A program made the position numbers and the translations under genes. Source: Nemertoderma westbladi (lineage: Eukaryota; Animalia; Xenacoelomorpha). From it: a DNA stretch of 64,000 nt. Below are positions 27,382 to 40,439 of this stretch, piece by piece. The first letter of the stretch is position 1, and every line of letters begins with the position of its first letter. The stretch is from assembly GCA_032718475.1 (NCBI GenBank), contig JAUCBJ010006404.1:1-64000 (forward strand). The letters are read 5' to 3'. Under the pieces are notes generated by a model. That model saw only the letters and a program-made list of their open reading frames with translations. It was not told where the DNA came from and searched no databases.

Positions 27382-29008
27382 TCCAAATCCTTCGGACCAC
27401 CATTGTAGTCGTAATTAAAAGCCAATGTGAATAGCTTACCAAATGCACTTAATAGAGTATACCTCTGTAGTTATTTGGGTCTCTCAAATCGCCCTTCTTC
27501 TTAAAAATAGGAGACACTATACCAGTAGACCAGCTATCCGGAAAATAACCGCACTGTAAAGCTACGTTAAAAATACTGGTTACGGTTGGAACTAGAGCCT
27601 GCGCCCCATCAATGAAAAATTCATTTAGAATACCATCGAATCCAGGTGCCTTATTCCTACGTAACTTTAAAATGGTGTTGGCCACCTCCTCCTCCTCGAT
27701 GGGCGAGCCCTTGCTGTTGGTCGTAATCATTTGCACCGGGTGGGCTGATTCCCATATCCTGAAAACTAGAGCCAGTGTCATTTAACGCTGTAAAATGTGC
27801 TTCAAAAGTTTCAACACTAACCGGTGATTTACTGCATTTACTACCGTTAGCACCTTCACAACTGCGCCTTAGCAGCTTCCAAAACTTTTTTGTATCCGCA
27901 ACTTTGTAGTTGCGTAGCGCATCTGATTTCTCACAATTATAGTCATATCGCGCTTTGCGCAATGTTTTTTTATATTTACTACGCTTTTGGACCATTATAG
28001 CACAGGAAGTAGAATCCTTAGATTCTTTGAAACACCCTAATGAATGTTTAAATGCATCCCTAGCTAAGGCACAGTTCTCATCGAACCACGGCGCACTAGG
28101 CCTACCACTACTGCAACTGTTAGACACATTACTAGTATTTGGATCAACTTTAAAATATAAATCGGCTACATCACATAATATGTCCGTAAAATCATTAACG
28201 GCTACATCAACTTTACTGCTGGTTAGCGGCTCCAGACAAGTCACATTGTCTAGGACCTCGTCAAACCTAGATTGTATCTGTTCCGAGCTAAGTATGTCCT
28301 TGAAAGGGTCCCGCTGCGAAGGACGATATTTGTATTTATTGCCGGCGTCACTTGGGAGGCCACCAGCAGTATTGTTAATATTACTGTTATTGTTAACATT
28401 TTTCCACTTCTGAACAAACCCATTATATTACACCTTTAATTACAGTTGCAACAGCTCATCTCCAATTTATTGTTAACATTGACATTAGTATTACTTGCAC
28501 CGAGACTAAACGTTGCTGATACTACACAATGGTGGGATATAATATTGGGGTCATTTATTATAAAATCATAACAACAATTGATAAGATCAATGTCTCCCAA
28601 AAAATAATCAATTGTTGATTTACGTAAACCGCAACGTCCGCCATCCGCAAAAAATGTACAAGCTCCCACGCCTCTATCAGCGCCTACCCGTCCATTGAAC
28701 ACTTTCAGCGTAGTAGACCGGCATAGAGATATAAGTTTTTCTCCATGCCGATTAACAGTACTGTCCATGTTACTGTGCAGCCTCATCTCACTGGGTAATA
28801 CAGAATCATCAAAAATATAATCGTCTGGCTTTCTAAACCAACATAATAGGAATCATTTGCAATGTAATCTTCCAAGGTACCTGTCCTTGCATTGAGGTCA
28901 CCAACAATTAAAATACTTGCTTGGCTACAGTACAGGGAAATTCCCTCCAGCAACCTATCAAACACACTACCGGTATCATTTATATTGCTAGTTGATGTAT
29001 CCGGTGGG

Positions 29009-29571
29009 TACGGTGGCCCATAACTGTCACAGGATATAAAAAGGAACGGCAGAAATTAAAAAGCCACGGCAGAAATTAAAAAGCCACGGCAGAAATTAAA
29101 GAAGCTACGGCAGAAATTAAAAAGCCACGGCAGAAATTAAAGAAGCTACGGCAGAAATTAAAAAGCCACGGCAGAAATTAAAAAGCCATGATTATTACAA
29201 TACATTATAGCAAATATTTTTTCCTACCTATTTTTACCTTACCTTTACTTTTCACCAATTTTTTCTACTTTTTTTACCTATTTTTTTTTTATTATTTTTT
29301 TTACCATTTTTTTACTGGCCGATAGCAATAGCTTGCAGTCGGCACTCATACTCATATAATCTAGCAATAGCAGTTGCTTTTTAATTTCTGCCGTGGCTTT
29401 TAAATTTCTGCCGTGGCTTTTAATTTCTGCCGTGGCTTTTTAATTTCTGCCGTAGCTTCTTTAATTTCTGCCGTGGCTTTTTAATTTCTGCCGTGGCTTT
29501 TTAATTTCTGCCGTGGCTTTATAATTTCTGCCGTTCCTTTTTATATACTGTGACAGTTATGGGCCAACGTA
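29009..29571. mobile_element. IS3EU-type MITE inserted in the LINE endonuclease
   Basis: Termini TACGGTGGCCCATAACTGTCACAG / CTGTGACAGTTATGGGCCAACGTA. 6-bp TSD GGTGGG (29003-29008) / GGTAGG (29572-29577). Subterminal 20-21-bp tandem repeats. Removing it restores the frame CAAYTPPD. Confidence 0.8.
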
Positions 29572-30734
29572 GGTAGGGTATATGCAGCACACAAAATTAA
29601 ATCTTTTCCAAGCTTTGAACCTGGCTTGCCTTCAAATTTTAACCATAAAAGATCTTCAGTAGCAAAATCCGCTAATTGGCTAACTTTTAATCCCAGAGAA
29701 TCTGATACATATACATTTTATACAGATACTCCCCCGCTATACCTTTTAGCCTTCCTATGTTTCTACATACCTCGAATGGCTTACTAAAACCAGCTATATT
29801 TACATTACGAATATTGTCTGGAGACAGCCAGGTCTCCACACAGACAAAAATATCGTGCTCTGAAATAGTTTCGCAAAATTTAGGATCAGCTACCGCAGTT
29901 GTTAACCCTTCCACATTCAAGAGTCCCACCTTCAGTCGTTTATCATTGCGATTCGTCTGAGTGTGTCTCAGTTTTGAATTTTTAAATCCTATCGCGTCTG
30001 GTTGGCCGTGTCGGCTAGAAAACCCCCCGACCTGTCTCTGATTTTCCAATCCCCGCTAACGCCCGCCATATCCCTCTCAATAACAATTACTGATGTTTGC
30101 TGTTGTGAGCCCTGGCTACCCACAGCCGACTCCAAACAACCGTCTAGGTTTGGTCCCGGGTTCAACCCCTCGCCCGGGATAGGGGCCCCAGAACTCCGAC
30201 CGGGTTCTAACTGGGAGCCATCTGTTCGCCTGCTGGACGATGGAGGGTTATCCTGATCAATGCATCTAGCTAGCTCCGATGGTGTCGGTTCGTTCGTCGG
30301 TGTCGGTTCAACTATTAATATTAACAACTATCAACATTTAAAGAAACATAAAAGCCAAACACGGCAAACATTATTTTGTGAGTTCTGTATATAATATTAG
30401 CAATATGATTAACATACCGGAGGATTACACCAATAACTAGACCTATATTTTGTATAAAATTTATATGACTTTTATGTCTGCCTTGAAAAAAGTTAATACT
30501 AAGTAGTACAAAAAATAAATGATGAAAAAAGTATATTATTGTATATCAGTACGTGCTAACCCCTACTCGTCATCAGCTAACCATAATTAGCCTAACCTAT
30601 CTTAACTCCCGCCGCAAGACCTAATTATTGCACCCGCAAAATCAAACATGCTGTTCTTTGCAGCGCTGAGCTGAACTATGAGCAGCATTGAATGGGCTTC
30701 AGGATTTAGAAGTCACACAGAATACGTCGGAAAC

Positions 30735-30830
30735 TTAACCCTATTGGTACCGGGCTATAAAATGTTGTACAAATACCGGGGGGGGGGGGGGGGGGTCATA
30801 TTGACCCCCCCTCCCAAATCTACAAATTTT
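30735..30830 (+). mobile_element. Possible single piggyBac-like terminus
   Basis: TTAA|CCCTATTGGTACCGGG followed by a poly(G)-TCATATTGA-poly(C) hairpin. No partner end was seen. Confidence 0.3.
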
Positions 30831-30999
30831 TACGAAAACGTAAACCCCTGTACAACTCAAAGCACAATGAATTAACAATATAACACAGTTATTGTATGAC
30901 AATGCCATTGTTGGCGCAAAGTGTGGCTCGACTGCTTGGCCACAGGGCCTTAATTTTAATTACTACCCATGGCATTTTGGTTTCTGGGATGCCGAAGTC

Positions 31000-31867
31000 C
31001 ATACGGAATTAATTCCGTAACAAAGATCCAAACTGGATTTCCACCAAATAGATCAACAATAGCTCAGATACTAGCGCTACAGAGGCTGGTTGAAGGAATT
31101 ATGTCAAAGAACCTTCTCGCAGTTCTATCTTTAAGAAAGCCTTTAAGAAAGCATTCGACTCCATCAATATAGGTAAAACGCTGGCAGATCAGATATTATG
31201 TGACCATATGGTGGAACTGAGAGTTCTTCTCCATCTGGACTGGCGTACTGCAAGACAACACATTGATGCCACTACTATTCAAGATTGTATTGAATGACAA
31301 CAAAGAGAGAATATCTTGGATTGATACTACAAGAATGTAGAGACGGTAGATATCTGGCAAGAACTGCAGTCACAGACACAGATATTGCAGATGACATCAC
31401 CCTGCTTTCAAAAAAACTCGCAGATGCACAGCTTCTACTGGACACCACCTACTGAATGTCACCTGAAAACCAAGTTCCTTCAAGCCAGAGTGGAAAATGT
31501 TTCTTTATACGGGGGTAGGATGGGGATGGGACCTGGACACTACTGATGAAATCACTTGAACAGTGAATTGATGGTGCAAACATCCAAGCTTTATGGTACA
31601 ATACCATGTGTATCAAGCACCCTCCATGAACGCAAATAACGATTCTGTGGGCACTGCTGGATAAGTAAACATGAGGTCATCTCAGATCTAAATTTCTAGC
31701 AACTAACACATGGAAAGCGTAGTCGTGGACGACCGGCTATAACATTATATAGACCAGCTTGAAAGGGATACTGAACTTGAGAGAAACGAAATTGTGACAA
31801 CTATGGAGAATCTTGAAGCCTGGAAGTATCTCATTTCGACTGTCCGAGTTTGACTGGCGTCGTAGTA
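31000..31867 (+). mobile_element. Decayed, internally deleted RTE-clade LINE
   Basis: QTGF..NRSTIAQILAL.RLVEG, KAFDSI, GVLQ, IADDITLL and HGKRSRGRP motifs spread across frames. 3' end TGTCCGAG...GTAGTA. Confidence 0.8.
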
Positions 31868-33166
31868 TCATTATGTTACCAATTTAGTTTATGATTTGTA
31901 TTGATTTGTTTTGTTTTGATTTGATTTGTTTTGACAGTGGGAACCTAGGCCGAGTTGTAAAGTTTCATTGACATCTGATATTATTTATAGTTTAGCACAC
32001 ATGATATTATTGATGTAACAGTTAGTTTATATCACTGTATTTATACTATTATATTAGGTGTTGATAAGATCTGTAGTGTTATGAATACAGAACTGAGCTT
32101 CAAACCTGTTTTCAACCCTAGAGCTAGAGCAAAAGACCATCGTCTGTAACTCAATGGACTCATTCTGTGACTTAGAGGTCCTCTCAGTACTTGCAAATTC
32201 TGGGATCAGTCCAGTTCCAGTGTGCTTTTTTCTGTTCCAATGGTTTATAAGAACTGTTTCTGCAGTTTCTGCCTTAACTGCCTCTGTGAAGGCAGTATAG
32301 CCCTTCCTTACAGTGATCAGGTGATCTACTGCCTCACAGGCAAGAACCTCATGATACGTGTTGATCAGCAGCAGTGTGAAACTGGATCTCATATAGAATA
32401 TCCCTCATCAATATATATGATAACTGTGTGATTATGAGTGTATTTAGCTGATATTAGCACAATGTTGAGAGAATCTAATAAAAAAGGAATTAGTTACGGG
32501 CAAAAATTACCACAATCGAACTGAATTCGAAATCGAAATAATTTGAAATGCAAACAGCAATTCACCGATTCTGCAGTCCTAGTCTAAACCATTATTGACT
32601 GGTTGAATTCACTACACCCAGAATAAATGATAAACGTACTAGTAATATGACATGCATATAACGAACGCTAATGCTTGTCAGATTAATTTCAAGCACACCA
32701 ATGTTAAATAATTAATGAATTATGTAGATAATTGCAATAAATAAATTTCCGAACGAATGATTTAGTTTTACTGTGTTATATACATACTTTAGGCCTATTC
32801 TAAGAAAAGTAATTACACTATACTGGCCACATGTCGAATCATAGTCTTACAGAGGGTTAGCTTAAAAATATGGCGGCAGCAGCCAGCAGACAAAGAATGA
32901 CAGATTTTCCTATCAACGTCTAAAAAATTAATAACATTCCTTTGGCACAGCTTTGCAAAGTCGTCAATGAAGTCCGTGGTCCAATAATAAATTATAAAAA
33001 ATTTAATGAGAGACATTTCAGAACCTCATAGAAATGGTAATTAATTCCCAATGGTAATAAATATACGTGCTCAATCCGATAACTAGGCATATGGCAAGAT
33101 AATGAGTCATATCAAATCATAATTATGTAATGGCAAACTTAGAATACTTTCACCACGTTTCACTGT

Positions 33167-33301
33167 CAACTACCTCCCCTTGACCGCTTGTCGAACTGAA
33201 GATTTTGCTGTAACTTCTGGGCATCATGTTTAGTACGCATCTCTTTGAACTCAGCAGACTCAGAGAGTGGAGGAAAACTGGGCAGTTTAGTTTTCAGTTT
33301 T
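33167..33301 (-). mobile_element. Gypsy-like pol (integrase C-terminal) fragment
   Basis: RKLKTKLP...EMRTKHDAQKLQQNLQFD resembles the post-integrase-core region. It is an inverted homolog of 37008-37162. Confidence 0.45.
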
Positions 33302-34015
33302 CTACGGAGCCCGGGAGGGGACCTGTAAAATATTTTTCTAACACGAGCCCTCGTGTTACTATCACGAGCTCTCATGATAGCTAACACGAGCCCTCATGAT
33401 GGCTAAAATAGTTAATTAAATAATTAATATTAATTAAATTCATATTGTCTAATTAAATAAATCTATCTCTGTCCATCTTGTCGGTTACCATACGAGGAAT
33501 GAATTCGTCCCAAGCGTCGTGCTCTCATGAATGTTTTAAGTTCGTTATTCATATACACACTTAAGTCAGTAGGTTTGATCAGTATACCTGCAGCCGTTAC
33601 TAGAAACGCGAAATATAAAATAGGCCTATACTGAACAGAAAAGTTATAACCACTGAGATACAATTTTAAGGCAGTGATTTTTTATGTCCTTTTATTTGAC
33701 TTTTTTTGTCCTTTTTTTTACGAATTATGCATAATGACTTTTGTTGTCCTTTTAATGACTTTTATTGTCCTTTTAATGACTTTTTATGTATGTATTTCTT
33801 CAAACTGTCAGACTGCTGATTTCTGGACTGTCAGACAGTTGATTTCACTATGCCTGTGCCAAAACATTTCATGATTCCATGATTTATAGACTATGAGATA
33901 GATTTCCATATGCGCCTGTGGTAAAAAGACTCTATATTTAATAGTTTGTGGTTGTTGTCGATAATCGATTACCACATGACGTAGCAAAACACTCATTTTA
34001 TAGCCAAAAACAATT

Positions 34016-34851
34016 ACCAATTGATGGAAAGGAGCAGGTTAAGGCCGAGTTTTCTAACCAAAACAATAAACAGTCACTTTAACAAATCAGGGAAAAGAGC
34101 AGGTTACAGAGACGGGATTTTCTAACCAAAACAATAAACGATCACTTAACTAATTGAGGGAAAGGAGCAGGTTACAGAGGCGGGATTTTCTAACCAAAAC
34201 AATAAACGATCATTTAACTAATTGAGGGAAAGGGACAGGTTACAGAGGCGGAATTTTCTAACCAAAACAATAAACGATCACTTAACTAATTGAGGGAAAG
34301 GAGCAGGTTACAGAGGCGGGATTTTCTAACCAAAACAATAAACGATCATTTAACTAATTGAGGGAAAGGGGCAGGTTACAGAGGCGGGCCTTTCTAACCA
34401 AAACAATAAACGGTCACTTTACCAATTCAGGGAAAGGAGCAGGTTACAGAGGCGGGATTTTCTAACCAAAACAATAAACGATCATTTAACTAATTGAGGG
34501 AAAGGGGCAGGTTACAGAGGCGGGATTTTCTAACCAAAACAATAAACGATCATTTAACTAATTGAGGGAAAGGAGCAGGTTACAGAGACGGGATTTTCTA
34601 ACCAAGACAATAAACGATAACATTACCAATTGAGAGAAAGGAGCAGGTTACAGAGGCGGGATTTTCTAACCAAAACAATAAACGATAACATTACCAATTG
34701 AGGGAAAGGAGCAGGTTACAGAGGCGGGAATTTCTAACCAAAACAATAAACGATCACTTAACTAATTGAGGGAAAGGAGCAGGTTAAGGCCGGATTTTCT
34801 AACCAAAACAATAAACAGTCACTTTACCAAATCAGGGAAAGGAGCAGGTTA
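34016..34851. repeat. 68-bp minisatellite, about 12 copies
   Basis: Unit AATTGAGGGAAAGGAGCAGGTTACAGAGGCGGGATTTTCTAACCAAAACAATAAACGATCACTTAACT. A solo copy lies at about 58493-58560. Confidence 0.95.
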
Positions 34852-35380
34852 TCCGTAACACTACTCAGACAGTAGTCATGATCCATTATTGATTATAAAA
34901 CTAATACAGTAATAGGCCTAAATTATGTGAAAGGTATATCCACATTTTCCACAATCCTGCAATCCAGTTTGGCCTATCAATTATTTAAAATTTATTAGCA
35001 CAACCGATAGGCCTACCATTACCGTATTTAAATGGTAGGCTACACAGTAGGCCTATAGCAGTACCGGTGCCGGTACCGGTAATAAAATACAGAAATACCT
35101 GCTTTATACCTACATCTGTACATACAATACAGCAAAATAGTGCTATATATACTAATACCGGTACTGATAGCCTGGGAGAACAGCAGTAGAGAAACCGGTA
35201 GCATGGAACCTAACATTAGACTTTTGGAGGACATAAAAAATAAAAAAAAGGGCAAAAAAAGGAATTAAACGGACAATAAAAATTATTGCGCAATTTTAAT
35301 ATCCCTCCAATTTAGTTATCCTATGTTACAACCAATCAAACAATTTCAAATTTGTATTATTAACGTAAAGGTCGTGTTAG

Positions 35381-36420
35381 AGCTATCACAAGGGCTCGTG
35401 TTAGCTATCATGAGGGCTCGTGTTAGCTATCATGAGGGCTCGTGTTAGCTATTATGAGAGCTCGTGATAGTAACACGAGGGATCATGTTAGTAACACGAG
35501 AGCTCGCGTTAGTAACATGAGGGCTCGTGTTAGCTATCATGAAGGCTCGTGTTAGCTATCATGAGGGCTCGTGTTAGTAACATGAGGGCTCGTGCTAGTA
35601 ACACCGGGGCTCGTGTTAGTAACATGAGGGCTCGTGTTAGCTATCATGAAGGCTCGTGTTAGCTATCATGAGGGCTCGTGTTAGTAACACGAGGGCTCGT
35701 GCTAGTAACACGAGGGCTCATGTTAGTAACATGAGGGCTCGTGTTAGTAACATGAGGGCTCGTGTTAGCTATCATGACTGCTCGTGTTAGCTATTATGAG
35801 GGCTCGTGTTAGCTATCATGAAGGCTCGTGTTAGCTATCATGATGGCTCGTGTTAGCTATTATGAGAGCTCGTGATAGTAACACGAGGGCTCGTGTTAGC
35901 TATCATGAGGGCTCGTGTTAGCTATTATGAGAGCTCGTGATAGTAACACGAGGGCTCGTGTTAGCTATCATGAGGGCTCGTGTTAGCTATCATGAGGGAT
36001 CGTGTTAGCTATTATGAGAGCTCGTGATAGTAACACGAGGGCTCGTGTTAGCTATCATGAGGGCTCGTGTTAGCTATCATGAAGGCTCGTGTTAGCTATC
36101 ATGAGGGCTCGTGTTAGCTATTATGAGAGCTCGTGATAGTAACACGAGGGCTCGTGTTAGCTATCATGAGGGCTCGTGTTAGCTATCATGAAGGCTCGTG
36201 TTAGCTATTATGAGAGCTCGTGATAGTAACACGAGGGCTCGTGTTAGCTATCATGAGGGCTCGTGTTAGCTATCATGAAGGCTCGTGTTAGCTATCATGA
36301 GGGCTCGTGTTAGTAACATGAGGGCTCGTGCTAGTAACACGAGGGCTCGTGTTAGTAACATGAGGGCTCGTGTTAGCTATCATGAAGGCTCGTGTTAGCT
36401 ATTATGAGTGCTTGTGATAG
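35381..36420. repeat. Mixed 22/20-bp tandem array
   Basis: GCTATCATGAGGGCTCGTGTTA interspersed with GTAACACGAGGGCTCGTGTTA-type units. Confidence 0.92.
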
Positions 36421-37007
36421 TTCTAACACAGCAACATCATGTTGCTCGCCTTTGCCATATACAATAATATTATCTTCGATATTCACAGCATTGGTACAAT
36501 ATTTATTTGCTTCCCAAATAAGTTTTGAATCTCACTACTAAGTGGACTAGTTCCAATAACCATCTTTTGTGGCAAAATATTCCCCAAGGGGACCAGAAAG
36601 GGACAATCTCAAATTGATGATAACAATTAGTTATATTAAAAGTGCTGAAACAGTTACAGCCACGAAATGTATTATAACTTTTGTTGGGCACAGCAGAGTC
36701 GGTAATGACGTTAGGTGGGATCGAACTGGTTACCTCCGGGTTGGAAGTACACCAGCTAATCAAGCTAATCATTTACCTAGATGCTCAGGTAAAAGATAGA
36801 CCTGGAAATACTACCTGATACCTTGTATGTCCTTTCTTTACTTCCTCAAGGCCTCCCATCTGTCAATACCATAATCTGCTGCCACTGTCCATTATCCGCT
36901 GATACTACAATTTCATTGTAGCGAGTGGTTAAAGACAGCTAAGTACAGTAGGATATATTGTATCGTTCCACACCGACACCACATTCGACTACTTAACTAC
37001 TTTTTAA

Positions 37008-37162
37008 CCGAAAACTTAAAACCAAACAGCCCAGTTTTGCTCCACTCTCTGAGTCTGCTGATTTCAAAGAGATGCATACTGCACATGATGCTAAGAAGTT
37101 CCAGCAAAAGCTTCAGTTCGACGAGCACCACAGGAGAGTAACACACATAAGGTCAAGGGGAG
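37008..37162 (+). mobile_element. Gypsy-like pol fragment
   Basis: RKLKTKQPSFAPLSESADFKEMHTAHDAKKFQQKLQFDEHHR, a homolog of 33167-33301. Confidence 0.45.
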
Positions 37163-37163
37163 T

Positions 37164-37293
37164 CTACTACTACTACTAGGTCGAGCGAACAACTCGGACA
37201 GTGGAAATGAGATCCTTCCAGACTTCCCGATTTTCCATAGTTGTCGCAATTTCGTTTCTATGAAGTTCAGTGTCCCTTTCAAGTTGGTCTATA
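37164..37293 (-). mobile_element. 5'-truncated RTE insertion with (TAG)n tail
   Basis: Its reverse complement aligns to 31748-31850 (TATAGACCAACTTGAAAGGGA...ATCTCATTTCCACTGTCCGAG). Confidence 0.85.
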
Positions 37294-37659
37294 GAAAGTA
37301 TTCTAAAACGCAGTAAAAACCACATCAAAGTTGTCCAGAACATCTAGAACCACCCTGGACCAATGATAACCCAATTGAACAATGGGATTATAATAACAAC
37401 GATATTGAGTGTTCTACAACCAATATGTGAGTCTCTCCCACCGACCCTAATAATTCCATTAAACATCCTCCTCTATCACTGTCTCAGATGCACTCGGTGT
37501 GGCGACGCGAGTTCATCTAAGGTATCCCTTGAGTAGCCACGGTGCCCTACTGAGATGGAACCCGGAACTTAACTCTAGTTCACCCGACATTACCGAGTAA
37601 AATATATATCTAGAACTATTGTATGAACTGATAATGAAGTAAAAAGAAAACTATAGAGG

Positions 37660-37773
37660 GAAAACTATTTTACATAGAAAACTATTTTACATAGAAAACT
37701 ATTTTACATAGAAAACTATTTTACATAGAAAACTATTTTACATAAAAACTATTTTACATAGAAAAATAGTTTT
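37660..37773. repeat. 17-bp tandem repeat, about 6 copies
   Basis: Unit GAAAACTATTTTACATA, ending in an inverted partial unit AAAATAGTTTTC. Confidence 0.9.
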
Positions 37774-38948
37774 CAGCACCACACCACTTAATCAGATATA
37801 ATTGGATTATTAAATTTCTTTAAGTATTTAAAAACCTGACGGTACGGCGTCCTATCTGAAAGATAAACTTTCAGTTTGAAACTGTCAACGAAGTGCCGTA
37901 TGTACGAGACGGACTAGACTTCCGGTATGGGTGTACTGAGATAGGGCTGTATAACGATACTGCTACACTTGTGTATTACTGTACACTATGTAGGCCTACA
38001 TAACCTCCGGCTGTATTATGCACATATATCTAACTTGTGATTATAAAATTAATAACTCATTTAATTTTCTATATAGGTTGCTGTTTGGTTTGAATTTGTC
38101 AGGGTGGTTAATTTCTATTCAGGCTAGACTAATTTATTTCATAAACAAGCACAGATTTAAACGCAAGTCTTTGAGTATAGGCAGACATTTTTATTATTTA
38201 TGGCCCTTTTTAGATCATTTGATCATTTTTTTACTATTTTTTATTAATTTTTCCGAAAATGGTACTACAAGCGATCTCTTTTCCTTTTCGAGATATAGCT
38301 GTCTGTCCTAACGACTGTGTCTGTCCGTCGGTATGTCTGTCAAAACATCCCAAAACTCACTATCGGGCTACAAATCGTGGTCGGTGCCTTCATTTTAGAT
38401 GTCAGTTTTCAAATTTGCCGGATTCGTGTCTGTCTGTATACGGACAGAAATAAAACCTTCAAAAACATAACCGACAGCCAGTCAGGCAAAAGATTTTTGA
38501 AATTATCAAATATGAAAACCGACATCGGAAATGAATTCAGCAAACAGGATAACCCCAAAGCAAACTTTTGGCTATAGCTTTAGTGTTATTTGACAGACAC
38601 TGTCGGACAGATACAGATAGCCGACATACAAAATTAGCAAAAAAGAGAGAGAACATAAAAAATATTTTCATATTAAATTTTATTTATTATTTATTATTTT
38701 ATTATTTTGTTGTTACCGACAGACCGACGGTACTACTGTAAGGGTAGGCCTACGTTAACGTTAATCACAGCTTCCTCATTCTACCCATTTTCCCATACTT
38801 GCCGAATAGTGGAATGTATACTTCGCCACTACTTATCATTCAGCTATACCGGTACTATTTTAACCGTATGTCTTCTGTTGGTCGGTCTACTACTTGAGAT
38901 TCATATTTATTTACATATGACTACGGAATCCTAGAAACGCCTCACCTA

Positions 38949-39318
38949 CGCGGCCGTCCAAGTATGACGTCTGCACTTTTCCCCAAAATGTCTACCACCC
39001 GCCTCCCTTAAATCAGATGTCATCAGATAGGCGTCTACCACCTCCCTCCCCTAAATCAGATTTAAAAAAAAATTTGTAATAAACTATTATATTATTTGAC
39101 TATGTATATTATGTATATTATATATATTATATGGCTTCGAACAATTAAAATAGGCAAGCTATTTACTCTTCTGCTATATCTCTTCTAGCACATATAAATG
39201 AACATGCTGACGTCAGACTTTGGCTGACCCCCTCCCCTCCCTTCATCAGCACGTCATCAGATTTTCCCACCCCCCCCCCCCCCCCCCTAAAGTGCTGACG
39301 TCATACTTGGACGGCCCC
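38949..39318. mobile_element. MITE, PIF/Harbinger-like
   Basis: TIRs GGCCGTCCAAGTATGACGTC / GACGTCATACTTGGACGGCCCC, flanked by TA. Confidence 0.7.
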
Positions 39319-40439
39319 TACCATTGGTACCAACAAGTACCATAATGAAAGTTACCCACAAATAGCTATGAGTGATAATATTAAACCAATATACGATGAT
39401 ATTAGGTGAGAAATAAACTTGTATATAATATTGTCTATGGAGAGAGAGAGTGATTGGTATGATGTATGATGAGTGCGGACTGCAGAAGGATGTGTCCATT
39501 TTGGATACATTATTTGTAGAAACTGAACAAACAAAACAAACTGAACAAACAATATAGTGTGTTGAACCTGACTAAATGCTGCGTATAAATATTAGCTAAA
39601 GGAAAGGCCCATTAAGGTGCAATGATAACAAGTGGAGGTTATATTAGTAGAGTGAGGGGACAATAAACTCTGAAAGGGGCGGGCCCTTTGCAGCTCGTGG
39701 TTTGACAGACTATAATAATTAATAACTATAGATTTGTCACATATTGAATGTAGTTTCATTCTGTGTGTACGCAGATTCTACCTCAAATATCACCAAACCC
39801 CTTTTGTTGTATTTGACTTATTGGTATTATTGGTGAAGTACATTGTTCTCAATGTAGTTGAGATAACTTTATTGCTATTGAGATGAGAACTAATATACAA
39901 CTCAACCACAAAACTATTATTTTCATTATCGACACACCTCTGGGATCCAAACCAAACCCTTGACTGGTTTACCGACTGCAGGACCCCTGGTCGAACCCGG
40001 AGAGATGGTGGCAGAAGGGGAGTTAGATATTCAACTAGAAGATACACACATGAATCGTGGTATAATTTCGAACTATCTGGACCGAACAAAATCTACTCCC
40101 AGTGATATTTGATGTTAGAAGATCAGCAACTACAATCTGTTAAATCTGCTTGGAATGTTAAAATCTCCCAGGCGACGCGACGTTGTTGATGTTCTTCGAA
40201 CACGAAAATCGACAACAAAAAGAAAGATCCCTTTTGAAGTTGCAGACACTGCTACCCAGTGAGACCCAACGATGGAGTTCAACGAACCCAAGAAAATTTC
40301 AAGATGGTACAACACTGATTGGACGTGAACGGTCATAACGAATCGAATCAATAACGATGAGTTGCAGTACGGCGTCCTACAAATGATTGATGTTACCAGA
40401 ATGTGCATAGTAAGAACGAGATTTAATTCAAACGAACTA

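Larger units (their letters stand above)
25515..30330 (-). mobile_element. Decayed non-LTR retrotransposon (APE-RT ORF2, RTE-X-like)
   Basis: APE motifs (LNVEGL, VETWL, VGDLNARTG, STIDY, SHHC), RT motifs (KAPGFDG, NNYRGI, QSGFR, FVDLRKAFDCV, VRQGECLSPLLF, YADD, YTYLGV) and a C-terminal C..C...EDEFHFLLVC zinc finger. Several frameshifts. AATAAA on the minus strand near 25521. Confidence 0.9.
33302..36420. mobile_element. Probable IS3EU-type foldback element with the right terminus missing
   Basis: Starts TACGGAGCCC. The left subterminal repeats CTAACACGAGCCCTCATGATAG are the reverse complement of the array at 35381-36420. Confidence 0.5.

Noticed and set aside
32054-32431. Possible exon (higher GC, short ORFs on both strands)
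   Set aside because: No recognisable motif, stops in the plausible spliced frames, and no partner exon.
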